This document shows, piece after piece, positions 19,556 to 29,803 of a stretch of 64,000 nt of DNA; positions within the stretch are counted from its first letter, which is position 1, and each line of letters starts with the position of its first letter. A model generated the notes under the pieces. The model made no database searches and was not told where the DNA came from. It saw nothing but the letters and a program-made list of their open reading frames with translations. The translations under genes were made by a program, and so were the position numbers. This DNA comes from Candidatus Saccharicenans subterraneus (GTDB lineage Bacteria > Acidobacteriota > Aminicenantia > Aminicenantales > Saccharicenantaceae), in the NCBI GenBank assembly GCA_003426165.1, contig QUAH01000006.1, positions 134,685-198,684 of the forward strand. The letters run 5' to 3'.

Positions 19556-19888
19556 TCAGGACTTTTCTAGGTTAGTCTGACATCTGGCGCAGACTCGAAT
19601 CTTGGTTCCGTCTTCCAGGACCTTATGCCTGTATCTGACCCCCCGGCCGCACTCCTCGCAGTAAAGCATGACCCGGGAGACATGGATGGGCGATTCTTTT
19701 TCCATGATACCACCCTGGACGTTCTGGCTGCGGTCGGGCCGGACGAAGACCTTGACAAAATTTATTCTCTCCACCAGCAGACGGTTTTTCTCCGGGATGA
19801 CCCGCAGTACCTTGCCGGTCTTGCCCCGGTCCTTGCCGCTGCGAACAATCACCACGTCATTTTTCTTAAAGGGAAACCTGGCCATCAC
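19556..19888 (-). CDS. rplX: 50S ribosomal protein L24 with C-terminal CxxC...CxxC zinc-ribbon extension
   Basis: KOW motif [18 protein letters not shown]-terminal [29 protein letters not shown]. Confidence 0.92.
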   Translation of the reverse strand: MMARFPFKKNDVVIVRSGKDRGKTGKVLRVIPEKNRLLVERINFVKVFVRPDRSQNVQGGIMEKESPIHVSRVMLYCEECGRGVRYRHKVLEDGTKIRVCARCQTNLEKS

Positions 19889-20253
19889 AGCACCTCCGGA
19901 GCCAGCGATATGATTTTCATGAATTTCTTTTCTCTCAGCTCGCGGCCAACCGGACCGAAGACGCGGGTGCCCACGGGTTCGCCCTGCTTGTCGATGATCA
20001 CGGCCGCGTTATCGTCAAAGCGGATGTAAGAGCCGTCCTTACGCCTGGCTTCTTTCCTGGTTCTGACGATGACCGCCCTGACCACCTTGCCTTTTTCTAT
20101 CTTGCTATCCGGGTCAGCTTCTTTGACGGAGGCCGAGATCACATCGCCGATGGTTGCCACCTGACCAACCCCGCCCCCCAGAGGAGTTATGGCCATAATC
20201 CTCCGGGCGCCGGAGTTATCCGCCACCTTGAGCATGGTTCTCATCTGAATCAT
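19885..20253 (-). CDS. rplN: 50S ribosomal protein L14
   Basis: [22 protein letters not shown]. Confidence 0.95.
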   Translation of the reverse strand: MIQMRTMLKVADNSGARRIMAITPLGGGVGQVATIGDVISASVKEADPDSKIEKGKVVRAVIVRTRKEARRKDGSYIRFDDNAAVIIDKQGEPVGTRVFGPVGRELREKKFMKIISLAPEVL

Positions 20254-20555
20254 GTCAGTCCACCTTCACTCTCGGTTTCAGTTTCTATTTCTCTGGAAGC
20301 TAAACCGATGATCTCAACCACCCGCCATCTTTTCAGCCGGCTGATGGGCCTGGTCTCCACTATCCTGACCACATCACCCACCTGGCACTTGTCCTGCTCA
20401 TCATGGACCAGGAAGATCTTTTTCCGCTTGACGGTCTTCCGGTAAAGCGGGTGCCTTTCCAGCCGCTCCACCTGAACCCTGAGGGTCTTGGCCGATTTCT
20501 TGGCCACGACCGTTCCCACTTTGGTCGTGATTCTTTTTTCTCGTTTAGCTTCCAT
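20250..20555 (-). CDS. rpsQ: 30S ribosomal protein S17
   Basis: [30 protein letters not shown]. Confidence 0.93.
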   Translation of the reverse strand: MEAKREKRITTKVGTVVAKKSAKTLRVQVERLERHPLYRKTVKRKKIFLVHDEQDKCQVGDVVRIVETRPISRLKRWRVVEIIGLASREIETETESEGGLT

Positions 20556-20558
20556 GGT

Positions 20559-20759
20559 TTATTCCGTCCCTTTTTTCTGAAATTCTTTCAAGAGGGTCTT
20601 GATCTTGGCCAGGTCTTTCTTGATGTTCCGGATCTTCATCGGGTTATCCAGCTGCCCCAGAGATTTCTGGAAGCGCAGCTTGAACAGCTGGTCCTTGAGT
20701 TCCAGCTCCTTCTGCCTTAGGTCTTCAACCGAAAGTTCTCTCAATTCTCGGATTTTCAT
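20559..20759 (-). CDS. rpmC: 50S ribosomal protein L29
   Basis: [31 protein letters not shown]. Confidence 0.93.
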   Translation of the reverse strand: MKIRELRELSVEDLRQKELELKDQLFKLRFQKSLGQLDNPMKIRNIKKDLAKIKTLLKEFQKKGTE

Positions 20760-21184
20760 TTTAGCTCCCTGTGCTCTCTTGATATGAACCTGGTCTTGAT
20801 CGGCAGCTTGTTGGCGGCCAGGCGCATGGCTTCCTGGGCCACGCCGTGGTCGACGCCTTCCACTTCAAAGATGATCCTACCGGGCTTGATCACGTCTACC
20901 CAGAATTCCGGGTCACCCTTGCCGCGGCCCATCCTGGTTTCGGTCGGTTTCTTGGTGACCGGCTTCCAGGGAAAGACCCGGACCCACATCTTGCCCCGTT
21001 TCTTGAGGAACCTGGTGATGGTCACGCGTCCGGCCTCGATCTGCCTGGCGGTCAACCAGCAGGGTTCCAGGGCCTGCAGCCCGTATTCGCCAAAGGCCAG
21101 CTCGGCCCCGCGCAGGGCCTGACCTCTCATCCGGCCTCGCTGCTGTTTCCGGTACTTGACTTTCTTCGGCATCAACATGGTCAA
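20756..21184 (-). CDS. rplP: 50S ribosomal protein L16
   Basis: [19 protein letters not shown]... Confidence 0.95.
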   Translation of the reverse strand: MTMLMPKKVKYRKQQRGRMRGQALRGAELAFGEYGLQALEPCWLTARQIEAGRVTITRFLKKRGKMWVRVFPWKPVTKKPTETRMGRGKGDPEFWVDVIKPGRIIFEVEGVDHGVAQEAMRLAANKLPIKTRFISREHRELK

Positions 21185-21849
21185 ATCTCCTCAGCTTCAA
21201 TGATTTGAGAAGAGACTTTGGCTTTATCCACATCACCGCGGTAGATCCAGACCTTGATCCCGATCTGACCATAGGTGGTAAAAGCTTCGGTAAAGGCAAA
21301 ATCGATATCGGCCCGGAGCGTTTGCAGCGGCAGCTGGCCCTTCAGGTACCATTCGGTCCTGGCTATTTCCACCCCGCCCAGACGCCCGGCGCACATGACC
21401 TTTATGCCCTTGGCTCCCATCTTGAGGGCCATTTCCACCGCCCGGCGCATGGCCCGGCGGTAGGCAATTCTCTTTTCCAGCTGGGTGGCGATGCCCTCGG
21501 CCACCAGGGCGGCATTGAGTTCCGGTTTGTCGACTTCCCTGATGTCGACGTAAACCTCTCGCTTGGCAATGGCCTCCAGCATGTTCTTCAGGTTCTCGAT
21601 TTCCTTTCCACCCCGGCCGATGATGATGCCCGGCCTGGCCGTATGGATGATAACCCGGACCTTGGGACCGACCCTCTCCACATCGACACTGGCGATGCCG
21701 GCATGCTCGTACTTCTCCCTGACGGCCTTTTTCATCTGCAGGTCCTCGTGGAACAACCTGGCATAATCCCGGCCTCTGGCGAACCAGCGGGAAGTCCACT
21801 GTTTGTTAAATCCTAAACGAAAGCCGATTGGATGTGTCTTCTGTCCCAC
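21181..21849 (-). CDS. rpsC: 30S ribosomal protein S3
   Basis: [26 protein letters not shown] domain. Confidence 0.95.
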   Translation of the reverse strand: MGQKTHPIGFRLGFNKQWTSRWFARGRDYARLFHEDLQMKKAVREKYEHAGIASVDVERVGPKVRVIIHTARPGIIIGRGGKEIENLKNMLEAIAKREVYVDIREVDKPELNAALVAEGIATQLEKRIAYRRAMRRAVEMALKMGAKGIKVMCAGRLGGVEIARTEWYLKGQLPLQTLRADIDFAFTEAFTTYGQIGIKVWIYRGDVDKAKVSSQIIEAEEI

Positions 21850-21852
21850 CGT

Positions 21853-22215
21853 CTATCTCCCTTTCTTTTCGTCTAAGTAGATTTTGACATGGCTCATTCT
21901 TTTGAGGACCCGGTAAGCCCGGCCCATGGGTGCCGGCCTGATCCTCTTCATGGCCGGGCCCTGGTCTATCTGAACCCGGGCCACGTACAGGTTGTCAACG
22001 TCCACGTTGGGCGACTTCTGCTGGGCATTGGCAATGGCCGAGCGGAGCACCTTTTCCAGAATGGCGCTGATCTTTTTCTTCTCGTTAAATTTAAGGATGG
22101 TCAGGGCCTCGCCGACCAGCCTGTCTCTGATCAGGTCAGCCACCAGACGCCCCTTCTGGGGACTCATCCGCACATAACGGGCAACGGCTTTTGAAAGGTA
22201 TTTTTCTTTTTCCAT
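21853..22215 (-). CDS. rplV: 50S ribosomal protein L22
   Basis: ARYVRMSPQKGRLVADLIRDRLVGEALTILKFN. Confidence 0.95.
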   Translation of the reverse strand: MEKEKYLSKAVARYVRMSPQKGRLVADLIRDRLVGEALTILKFNEKKKISAILEKVLRSAIANAQQKSPNVDVDNLYVARVQIDQGPAMKRIRPAPMGRAYRVLKRMSHVKIYLDEKKGR

Positions 22216-22217
22216 GG

Positions 22218-22508
22218 CTACTTACCCACTTTGAGCTGTCGGGCAGTCTTGGAAGTATGTCCCTTAAAGGTCCTGGTGGGGGCAAACTCGCCCAGCTTGT
22301 GTCCGACCATCTGCTCGGTCACAAAAACCGGGATGAACTTGCGGCCGTTATGGACCCCGAAGGTCAGGCCAACCATCTCGGGAATGATGGTCGAACGGCG
22401 GGACCAGGTCTTAATCACCTGTCTCTTTTCCCGTGCCGACTGAGCGGCCTGCACCTTCTCCAGCAATTTAGGATCAACATAGGGACCTTTCTTAACAGAT
22501 CTGCCCAT
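22218..22508 (-). CDS. rpsS: 30S ribosomal protein S19
   Basis: [19 protein letters not shown]...[16 protein letters not shown]. Confidence 0.95.
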   Translation of the reverse strand: MGRSVKKGPYVDPKLLEKVQAAQSAREKRQVIKTWSRRSTIIPEMVGLTFGVHNGRKFIPVFVTEQMVGHKLGEFAPTRTFKGHTSKTARQLKVGK

Positions 22509-22510
22509 GG

Positions 22511-23338
22511 TTACTTACTCCTTCTCCTGATAATAAAGGCCTGGGTTCTCTTGTTCTTCCTGGTCTTATAACCCTTGGTCGGAATGCCTTCCGGGCTGAC
22601 CGGGTGGCGCCCGCCCTTGGTCCGGCCTTCACCACCGCCGTGGGGGTGGTCAATCGGGTTCATGGCCGTGCCGCGGACATGGGGCCTGATACCCAGCCAC
22701 CTGGTCCGGCCAGCCTTGCCAACACTGATGTTCTGATGGTCCAGGTTGGCCAGCTGCCCGACCGTGGCCCGGCAATCAAGATGAACCTTGCGAATTTCCG
22801 ACGAGGGCAAACGCAGCTGGGCATAACCGCCTTCCTTGCCCAGGATCTGGACGCCCGAACCGGCCGCCCTGGCCAGCTGTCCACCCTTGCCTATCTTCAA
22901 TTCCACGTTGTGAACGATCGTTCCCACCGGGATGTAGCGCAATGGCATGGCATTTCCGGGCAGGATATCAACCTGGGCATTGGCCGAGATTATGGTATCA
23001 CCGACTTTCAGGTTGAGGGGTGTCAGAATATAACGGCGCTCCCCGTCAGCATACTTGACCAGCGAGATAAAGGCTGAACGGTTGGGGTCGTATTCGATGG
23101 TCTCTACCACGCCCGGAACATCGATCTTATCGCGCCTGAAATCGATTATCCGGTACATTCTCTTATGTCCCCCGCCCCGGTGCCTGACCGACAGATGGCC
23201 GCGGTTGTTTCGTCCCCCGCTCTTGGGCAGTGGGACCAGCAACGGCTTGTAGGGCTTATCGGTGGTCAGCTCTTCGTAGGTCAGTCCCGTGCGGTGGCGT
23301 AAGCCTGGAGTTACTGGTTTGTAGACTTTAATACCCAT
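22511..23338 (-). CDS. rplB: 50S ribosomal protein L2
   Basis: [17 protein letters not shown]...[16 protein letters not shown]. Confidence 0.95.
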   Translation of the reverse strand: MGIKVYKPVTPGLRHRTGLTYEELTTDKPYKPLLVPLPKSGGRNNRGHLSVRHRGGGHKRMYRIIDFRRDKIDVPGVVETIEYDPNRSAFISLVKYADGERRYILTPLNLKVGDTIISANAQVDILPGNAMPLRYIPVGTIVHNVELKIGKGGQLARAAGSGVQILGKEGGYAQLRLPSSEIRKVHLDCRATVGQLANLDHQNISVGKAGRTRWLGIRPHVRGTAMNPIDHPHGGGEGRTKGGRHPVSPEGIPTKGYKTRKNKRTQAFIIRRRSK

Positions 23339-23340
23339 GG

Positions 23341-23637
23341 TTATACTGCCTCAAAATATTCGATCATTTTTTCGCCGGGTCTCAGCTTGACATAAGCTTT
23401 CCTTCTGTCCTTGGTCCGACCAAGGGTCCGGCCGAGCCTCTTGGTCTTACCCTGCAGGTTGACGATAGTCACCCTCTCTACCTTGACCTTAAACAGCTCT
23501 TCTACGGCTTTCTTAACCTCGATCTTGTTGGCTTCCGGAGCAACCTCAAAGCAGACTTCACGGTGGGATTCCTTCAACCTGGTGCTCTTTTCGGTGATCA
23601 GCGGCCTCAGGATTATATCTCTCGGGTCTTTGGTCAT
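23341..23637 (-). CDS. rplW: 50S ribosomal protein L23
   Basis: [15 protein letters not shown]...[20 protein letters not shown]. Confidence 0.93.
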   Translation of the reverse strand: MTKDPRDIILRPLITEKSTRLKESHREVCFEVAPEANKIEVKKAVEELFKVKVERVTIVNLQGKTKRLGRTLGRTKDRRKAYVKLRPGEKMIEYFEAV

Positions 23638-24269
23638 TTCAATCTCTCCACCAGGGAATTAAAAGAGCGCTGGCTGAAGACCAGCCAGCGGTACCGCAGG
23701 ACGTCATAGATGTTCAGGTGTTCATCATCCACGGCCTTCACTTCCGGAATATTCCTGACCGACCTGAACAGGTTCTTGTTATCGCGGTCGTCGACGATCA
23801 GAGCCGAATCAATTTTCAGGTTCTTCAGCCACCCGGCGGCTTCCTTGGTCTTGGGTTCGGCGATTCTGATCTCATCGAACACCAGCAGCATGTTCTCGGC
23901 CAGCTTGGCGGTCAGGGCTGATTTCAGGGCATTCTTTCTGGCTTTCTTGGGAATGGCATAGCCATAATCCCTTGGTTTCGGCCCGAAGACTGTTCCGCCG
24001 TGTCTCCAGAGGGGCGACCTGACGCTGCCCACTCTGGCCCGGCCCGTTCCCTTCTGGCGCCAGGGCTTACGACCGCCTCCTGAAACTTCACCCCGGTTCT
24101 TGGTGGAAGCAGTACCCTGCCTCTGGTTGGCCAGATAGTTGACCACCGCCTCGTATATCAGATGGTCTTTAACCGGGTAGGAAAACACTTCTTCTGGCAG
24201 GTTCATTTCCTGCACCGGTTTGCCGTTTTGGTCTAACACTTGTACTTTCATGGCACTCTCTTCACTCAT
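23634..24269 (-). CDS. rplD: 50S ribosomal protein L4
   Basis: [34 protein letters not shown]. Confidence 0.95.
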   Translation of the reverse strand: MSEESAMKVQVLDQNGKPVQEMNLPEEVFSYPVKDHLIYEAVVNYLANQRQGTASTKNRGEVSGGGRKPWRQKGTGRARVGSVRSPLWRHGGTVFGPKPRDYGYAIPKKARKNALKSALTAKLAENMLLVFDEIRIAEPKTKEAAGWLKNLKIDSALIVDDRDNKNLFRSVRNIPEVKAVDDEHLNIYDVLRYRWLVFSQRSFNSLVERLK

Positions 24270-24916
24270 GAGGTCTTGGTTTTGAAGGCGCTCTTCCTGA
24301 CCAGGACAACCCCGCCGCTGGCTCCTGGCACCGCGCCTTCCACCACCAGCAGATTGTTCTCTTTATCGACCTGGATTACCTTCAGGTTACGAACGGTCAC
24401 CCGGTCTCCACCCATCCGGCCACCCATCCTGGTCCCTTTCAAAACGCGCGAGGGAAAGGAGGAAGCCCCGATTGAACCCGGAGCCCGGTGGAACATGGAG
24501 CCGTGAGCGGCATCGCCGCCGGCAAAACCGTGCCTTCTGACTACGCCCTGAAAGCCTTTTCCCTTGCTGAGTCCGATCACGTGGACTTTCTCCCCGACTT
24601 CAAACAGGTCAACCAGGACCTGGTCGCCTTCCTTTATCTCCAGCGGCCCGTGATACTTAACTTCCTTAAGGACCTTTAGCACCGGGCTGCCGGATTTCTG
24701 GAAATGCCCGGCCTCGGGCTTTCTGGTTTTCTTCCTGGGCCTGTCTTCCACCAGCCCCAGCTGCAGTGCTTCATAGCCATCTTTTTCCCTGGTCTTCTTC
24801 TGAATAACGGTACAGGGCCCGGCCTTGATGATGGTCACGGGAATAACGTTGCCCTCTTCATCAAAGACCTGGGTCATGCCAACTTTTCTGCCGATGATAC
24901 CTTCCACCATGGTCAT
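24266..24916 (-). CDS. rplC: 50S ribosomal protein L3
   Basis: [25 protein letters not shown]. Confidence 0.95.
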   Translation of the reverse strand: MTMVEGIIGRKVGMTQVFDEEGNVIPVTIIKAGPCTVIQKKTREKDGYEALQLGLVEDRPRKKTRKPEAGHFQKSGSPVLKVLKEVKYHGPLEIKEGDQVLVDLFEVGEKVHVIGLSKGKGFQGVVRRHGFAGGDAAHGSMFHRAPGSIGASSFPSRVLKGTRMGGRMGGDRVTVRNLKVIQVDKENNLLVVEGAVPGASGGVVLVRKSAFKTKTS

Positions 24917-25230
24917 TCTCCTGCGCCAAAGGCTTTGATTTCCACATCGATGCCGGCAGGCAGGTCGAGCTTCTGCAGTTCTTCAATGGTCTCGTTGCTG
25001 TATTCGCTTATGTCTATCAATCTCTTGTGGATCCTCATTTCGAAATGCTCTCTCGACCTCTTATCGACATGCGGGGAACGAAGAACGCAAAACCGCTGAA
25101 TCCTGGTCGGAAGCGGAATGGGGCCGGAGACCTTGGCTCCGGTCCTTCTGGCCTTGATCACGATGTCCTTTACCGATTGGTCTAAAAGCCGGTGATCGAA
25201 TGATTGCAGTTTAATTCTTATCTTTTCCAT
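24913..25230 (-). CDS. rpsJ: 30S ribosomal protein S10
   Basis: [21 protein letters not shown]...[21 protein letters not shown]. Confidence 0.95.
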   Translation of the reverse strand: MEKIRIKLQSFDHRLLDQSVKDIVIKARRTGAKVSGPIPLPTRIQRFCVLRSPHVDKRSREHFEMRIHKRLIDISEYSNETIEELQKLDLPAGIDVEIKAFGAGE

Positions 25231-25270
25231 GGTCGTTCCTCGTTCTCCATATGATTAACCTTGTCCATTT

Positions 25271-26473
25271 CTATTCCAGGATTTCGGTGACGGTTCCGGC
25301 ACCCACCGTCCGGCCACCCTCGCGGATGGCAAACCGCAGGCCCTTCTCCATGGCCACCGTGGTGATCAGCTCCACTTCCACGTTGGCGTTGTCTCCGGGC
25401 ATCACCATCTCCACCCCAGCCGGCAGCTTCACCGTACCAGTCACGTCCGTCGTCCGAAAGTAAAACTGCGGACGATACCCGGTGAAAAACGGAGTGTGCC
25501 GCCCGCCTTCATCCTTGGTCAGAGCGTAAATCTGCGCCCGGAACTTCTTGTGCGGGGTGATCGAACCAGGCTTGGCCAGGACCTGTCCACGCTCCACCTC
25601 GTCCTTGCCTATACCCCTCAACAGGCAGCCAACGTTGTCTCCCGCCTGCCCCTGGTCCAGGATCTTCCGGAACATCTCCACCCCGGTCACCACCGTCTTC
25701 TTCGTCTCTCCAAACCCTACTATCTCGACCTCGTCTCCTACCTTAACTATCCCTCTCTCCACCCGGCCGGTCACCACCGTGCCACGACCGGTTATCGAAA
25801 AGACGTCCTCGATCGACATCAAAAACGGCTTGTCTATCTCCCGAACCGGCTCCGGAATGAAATCATCCAATGCCTTCATCAGCTCCCAGATCGGCTTGCC
25901 ACCCTCTCCCTCAGGATCCGACAGAGCCTTGGTCGCACTACCACGTATCACCGGAGTCTTGTCCCCAGGAAATTCATACTTGCTCAAAAGCTCCCTGACC
26001 TCCAGCTCCACCAGGTCCAGAATCTCCGGGTCATCCACCAGGTCCACCTTGTTGATGAACACCACAATAGCCGGAACGTCCACCTGGCGGGCCAGCAGAA
26101 TGTGCTCACGAGTCTGTGGCATCGGACCGTCATCGGCCGCCACCACCAGAATCGACCCGTCCATCTGGGCCGCTCCGCTGATCATGTTCTTGATGTAATC
26201 AACGTGTCCAGGACAGTCGATGTGCGCATAGTGCCGCTTGTCCGTCTCGTACTCCACGTGCGACAACGCCACCGTCAAAATCTTGGTCGCATCCCGCCGG
26301 AACATCTTGGCATCAGCCTTGGCCACCTCGTCGTACGGCTTAAACTGCGCCAGTCCCTTGGTCGATAACACCTTCGTGATCGCCGCCGTCAACGTCGTCT
26401 TCCCGTGGTCTATGTGCCCGATCGTCCCTATGTTAACGTGCGGCTTCGTCCTCGCAAATTTTTCCTTGGCCAT
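25271..26473 (-). CDS. tuf: Elongation factor Tu (copy downstream of fusA, tufA-like position)
   Basis: [33 protein letters not shown]. 400 aa. About 95% nt identity to the second copy at 41542-42744. Confidence 0.97.
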   Translation of the reverse strand: MAKEKFARTKPHVNIGTIGHIDHGKTTLTAAITKVLSTKGLAQFKPYDEVAKADAKMFRRDATKILTVALSHVEYETDKRHYAHIDCPGHVDYIKNMISGAAQMDGSILVVAADDGPMPQTREHILLARQVDVPAIVVFINKVDLVDDPEILDLVELEVRELLSKYEFPGDKTPVIRGSATKALSDPEGEGGKPIWELMKALDDFIPEPVREIDKPFLMSIEDVFSITGRGTVVTGRVERGIVKVGDEVEIVGFGETKKTVVTGVEMFRKILDQGQAGDNVGCLLRGIGKDEVERGQVLAKPGSITPHKKFRAQIYALTKDEGGRHTPFFTGYRPQFYFRTTDVTGTVKLPAGVEMVMPGDNANVEVELITTVAMEKGLRFAIREGGRTVGAGTVTEILE

Positions 26474-26478
26474 CTCTT

Positions 26479-28581
26479 TTACCTCCTGGCTTCAGTGAAG
26501 GGAATTCTTCCCTCAATCCTGGCAATTATTTCTTCCTGGACGTCGGCCGGCGTCGGGTCGTACCGGAAGAACTCCAGGGAGAAGGAACTGCGTCCCTGGG
26601 TAATGGTTCTCAGGACGGTGGCATAACCGAACATCTCCGACAGGGGAACAAAAGCCCTGATCACCCGGGAGCTACCCTTGAGTTCCATGGCTTCTATGCG
26701 TCCCCTTCTGGCGTTGATGTCCCCGACCAGACCGCCGACATACTCATCCGGGGTTACAATTTCCAGTTTCATTATGGGCTCCAGCAGAACCGGAGCGGCC
26801 TTCTGCCCGGCCTCCTTGAAAGCCAGGGCCGCGGCAATCTTATAGGCTATGGCCACCGAATCCACGTCGTGGTAGCTGCTATCCAGCAGGATGGTTCTGA
26901 CATCCGTAACGGGATAACCGGCCACCAGACCGGCTTCCATGGCCTCACGGATTCCCTTTTCAATTTCCGGGACAAATTCGGCCGGAATGGTCCCGGATTT
27001 GAGTCTATTGACGAATTCAAAGCCCCGGCCCCGGGGCAGAGGTTCTACCTTGATGACACAATGTCCATACTGACCTTTACCGCCGAGCTGGCGGACAAAC
27101 TTGCCCTCGCCCTCGGCTTCCCCGGTAATGGTCTCCTTGTAGGCCACCTGGGGCCGTCCCAGCCTGGCCTGGACTCCGAATTCCCTGACCAGCCGGTCCA
27201 TTATTATTTCCAGGTGAAGCTCGCCCATGCCCCTGACCAGGGTCTGGCCGGTCATGGGGTCCTGGACCACCCTGAAGGTCGGGTCCTCGGACATGAACTT
27301 CTCCAGGGCGCTGAACAGCTTTTGATGGTCAGCCTTGGTCCTGGGCTCGATGGTAGCTGAAACCACCGGCTCGGGAAAGGTGGGTGGCTCCAGCAGGATC
27401 GGCCGGCTCTTCAGGCACAGGGTATCTCCGGTCGACAGAGTTTTCATCCCGCCAAAGGCGGCGATGTCCCCGGCATAGACTTCATTTATCTCCCGGCGCT
27501 TGTTGGAATGCATCTCCAGCAACCTGGTCACCCGCTCTTCCTGGTCCTTGGTGGCGTTATAAACCGAGCTGCCCACCTTCAACTTGCCGGAATAAACGCG
27601 GAAGTAGGCTAGGCTACCCAGGAAGGGGTCGGTCATGATCTTGAAAACCAGGGCACAGAAATGCTCGCTGTCGGAAGCTTTCCTTTCTTCCGGCTGGTTG
27701 GTCCTGGGGTGAAAACCTTTTACCGGCGGGATATCAACCGGCGAGGGCAGATAATCCACTATGGCATCCAGCAGGGGGTGAACCCCCTTGTTCCGGAAGG
27801 AAGCCCCAAACAGCACCGGGTAGAACTTGAGGTCGACCGTGCCCTTCCTGATGGCCCGCCTCATCTCTTCTGGAGAAATCTCCTCGTCTTCGAGGTACTT
27901 CTTCATCAACTCGTCGTCAACCTCGCTCAGGACTTCCAGCAGCTCTTTTCTCCTGAGCTCGACTTCGGCCCGATAAGCCTCTGAGATGGGTCTCTTCTCA
28001 AAATCGGTGCCCAGCAGGTCGCTCTTCCAGACGATCTCCTGCTTCTCCACCAGGTCGATCACACCGACAAACTTGTCTTCTGTCCCGATGGGGATCTGAA
28101 TGGGCAGAGGTCTGGCTCCCAGACGGGTACGCACCTCGTCCACCGCTCTTACTGGGTCAGCACCTAATCTGTCCATTTTGTTCACGTATATAATTCTGGG
28201 GACCCGGTACTTATCGGCCTGTCTCCAGACTGTTTCCGACTGGGACTCCACGCCCCCGACCGCGCAGAGAATAATAATAGCCCCGTCAAGGACTCTCAAC
28301 GACCGCTCGACTTCAGCGGTAAAATCGACGTGTCCCGGGGTGTCGATTATGTTTATCCGGTGGTCTTTCCAGTAGCAGGTGGTGGCGGCGGCGGTTATGG
28401 TAATGCCGCGTTCCTGCTCCTGAACCATCCAGTCCATGACGGCAGTGCCCTCATCGACCTCACCCATCTTGTAAGTGATGCCGGTGAAATACAGAATCCG
28501 TTCCGTGGTTGTAGTCTTCCCCGCATCGATATGAGCCATGAAGCCAATGTTCCTGACTCTTTCGATCGGGCACGACCGCAT
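26479..28581 (-). CDS. fusA: Elongation factor G
   Basis: [24 protein letters not shown]-domain, domains II-V. 700 aa. Confidence 0.96.
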   Translation of the reverse strand: MRSCPIERVRNIGFMAHIDAGKTTTTERILYFTGITYKMGEVDEGTAVMDWMVQEQERGITITAAATTCYWKDHRINIIDTPGHVDFTAEVERSLRVLDGAIIILCAVGGVESQSETVWRQADKYRVPRIIYVNKMDRLGADPVRAVDEVRTRLGARPLPIQIPIGTEDKFVGVIDLVEKQEIVWKSDLLGTDFEKRPISEAYRAEVELRRKELLEVLSEVDDELMKKYLEDEEISPEEMRRAIRKGTVDLKFYPVLFGASFRNKGVHPLLDAIVDYLPSPVDIPPVKGFHPRTNQPEERKASDSEHFCALVFKIMTDPFLGSLAYFRVYSGKLKVGSSVYNATKDQEERVTRLLEMHSNKRREINEVYAGDIAAFGGMKTLSTGDTLCLKSRPILLEPPTFPEPVVSATIEPRTKADHQKLFSALEKFMSEDPTFRVVQDPMTGQTLVRGMGELHLEIIMDRLVREFGVQARLGRPQVAYKETITGEAEGEGKFVRQLGGKGQYGHCVIKVEPLPRGRGFEFVNRLKSGTIPAEFVPEIEKGIREAMEAGLVAGYPVTDVRTILLDSSYHDVDSVAIAYKIAAALAFKEAGQKAAPVLLEPIMKLEIVTPDEYVGGLVGDINARRGRIEAMELKGSSRVIRAFVPLSEMFGYATVLRTITQGRSSFSLEFFRYDPTPADVQEEIIARIEGRIPFTEARR

Positions 28582-28645
28582 GAAATTTTTTCTCCATATA
28601 TAAATAAAAAAATAAAATTTATCAGCTCGGCTGTTCTGTTAATTT

Positions 28646-29116
28646 TTACCATTTATAATGTGCAAAAGCCCGGTTGGCTTCAGCCATTTTATGGGTATCT
28701 TCCCTCTTTTTAACCGCCCCGCCTTTATTGGCCAGGGCATCCAGGATCTCGGCCGCCAGCTTTTCCTGCATGCTCTTGCCGCCGCGCTCCTTGGCATACT
28801 TCACCAGCCAGCGCATTCCCAGGGAGATGGACCTGTGTTCCGGAACTTCCACCGGGACCTGGTAGGTGGCCCCGCCCACCCTTCTGGATTTGGTCTCCAG
28901 GAGGGGCCGGACGTTGTCAATGGCCTTTTCCAGGACCTTGAGCGGGTCATCCTTGGTCCGCTGCTTCAGGAGGTCCAGCGTGCCGTAGATAATATCCTCG
29001 GCCACACTCTTCTTGCCTTTCTTCAGGACCAGGTTTATCAATCTCCCGACCAGGGTCGAATTATACAGTGGGTCCGGTTGCGGCTTCCGCTTTCTGATAA
29101 TTCCACGTCTCGGCAT
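28646..29116 (-). CDS. rpsG: 30S ribosomal protein S7
   Basis: [40 protein letters not shown]. Confidence 0.95.
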   Translation of the reverse strand: MPRRGIIRKRKPQPDPLYNSTLVGRLINLVLKKGKKSVAEDIIYGTLDLLKQRTKDDPLKVLEKAIDNVRPLLETKSRRVGGATYQVPVEVPEHRSISLGMRWLVKYAKERGGKSMQEKLAAEILDALANKGGAVKKREDTHKMAEANRAFAHYKW

Positions 29117-29136
29117 ATCTTTTCTCCTCGCTCAGC

Positions 29137-29529
29137 TTACTTGCCTGGAACCTTTTTCTCCTTGGGCTTCTTGGCCCCGTACCTGGAACGGCCCTGGAAT
29201 CTATTCTGAACACCCTCGGCATCGAGGGTACCGCGGATGATGTGGTACCTGACACCGGGCAGGTCCTTGACCCTTCCACCTCTGATCAGAACAATCGAAT
29301 GCTCCTGCAGGTTGTGGCCGATGCCGGGAATATAAGCAGTCACTTCCACGTTGTTGGTCAACCGGACTCTGGCCACTTTTCTCAAAGCCGAGTTAGGCTT
29401 CTTGGGAGTGGTGGTAAAAACACGGACACAGACTCCTCTCTTCTGAGGACAGGCGTCAAGAGCCGGAGCTTTACTCTTATACTTTTTGGGCATCCTGCCC
29501 TTTCGTACCAGTTGGTTGACAGTTGGCAC
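29137..29529 (-). CDS. rpsL: 30S ribosomal protein S12
   Basis: [12 protein letters not shown]...[18 protein letters not shown]. Confidence 0.95.
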   Translation of the reverse strand: MPTVNQLVRKGRMPKKYKSKAPALDACPQKRGVCVRVFTTTPKKPNSALRKVARVRLTNNVEVTAYIPGIGHNLQEHSIVLIRGGRVKDLPGVRYHIIRGTLDAEGVQNRFQGRSRYGAKKPKEKKVPGK

Positions 29530-29604
29530 TTATAAATCTCCTCTAAAAATAGAAAAATATTTATACTATTTTCTCAGGACGAATTTCCCGAGAAATATGC
29601 TTGA

Positions 29605-29633
29605 AGAATAGCAAAAACCGCCTGTCTTGTCAA
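29605..29633 (-). promoter_or_regulatory. Candidate sigma-70 promoter for rpsL-rpsG-fusA-tuf on the minus strand: TTGACA, 17-nt spacer, TATTCT. It is embedded in an imperfect hairpin followed by a T-run that could be the rpoC terminator.
   Basis: Reverse complement of 29605-29633 reads TTGACAagacaggcggtttttgcTATTCT. Flanking GCCTGT...ACAGGC inverted repeat (29616-29642) followed by a GGTTTTTGC run. Confidence 0.3.
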
Positions 29634-29803
29634 GAAAATAACAGGCTATTTTGCTTTTTTTTACACCGTCCGGGCCTCTTCAGCTCAAGGACCGAGCGGC
29701 AGGCCATCTTAACCCTTTTTCCGGGTCAGGACAGAAGCCAGGGCTGGCTTCCCCTGTTCCCGATAACAGGGTGGGCGGAGCTCCAGGTTGGCCTTTAAGA
29801 ACC

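Noticed and set aside
29601-29798. 65-aa plus-strand ORF in the rpoC-rpsL intergenic region
   Set aside because: No RBS, an odd translation (MKNSKNRLSCQENNRLFCFF...), and it overlaps the regulatory hairpin/promoter region. It is more plausibly non-coding leader sequence.
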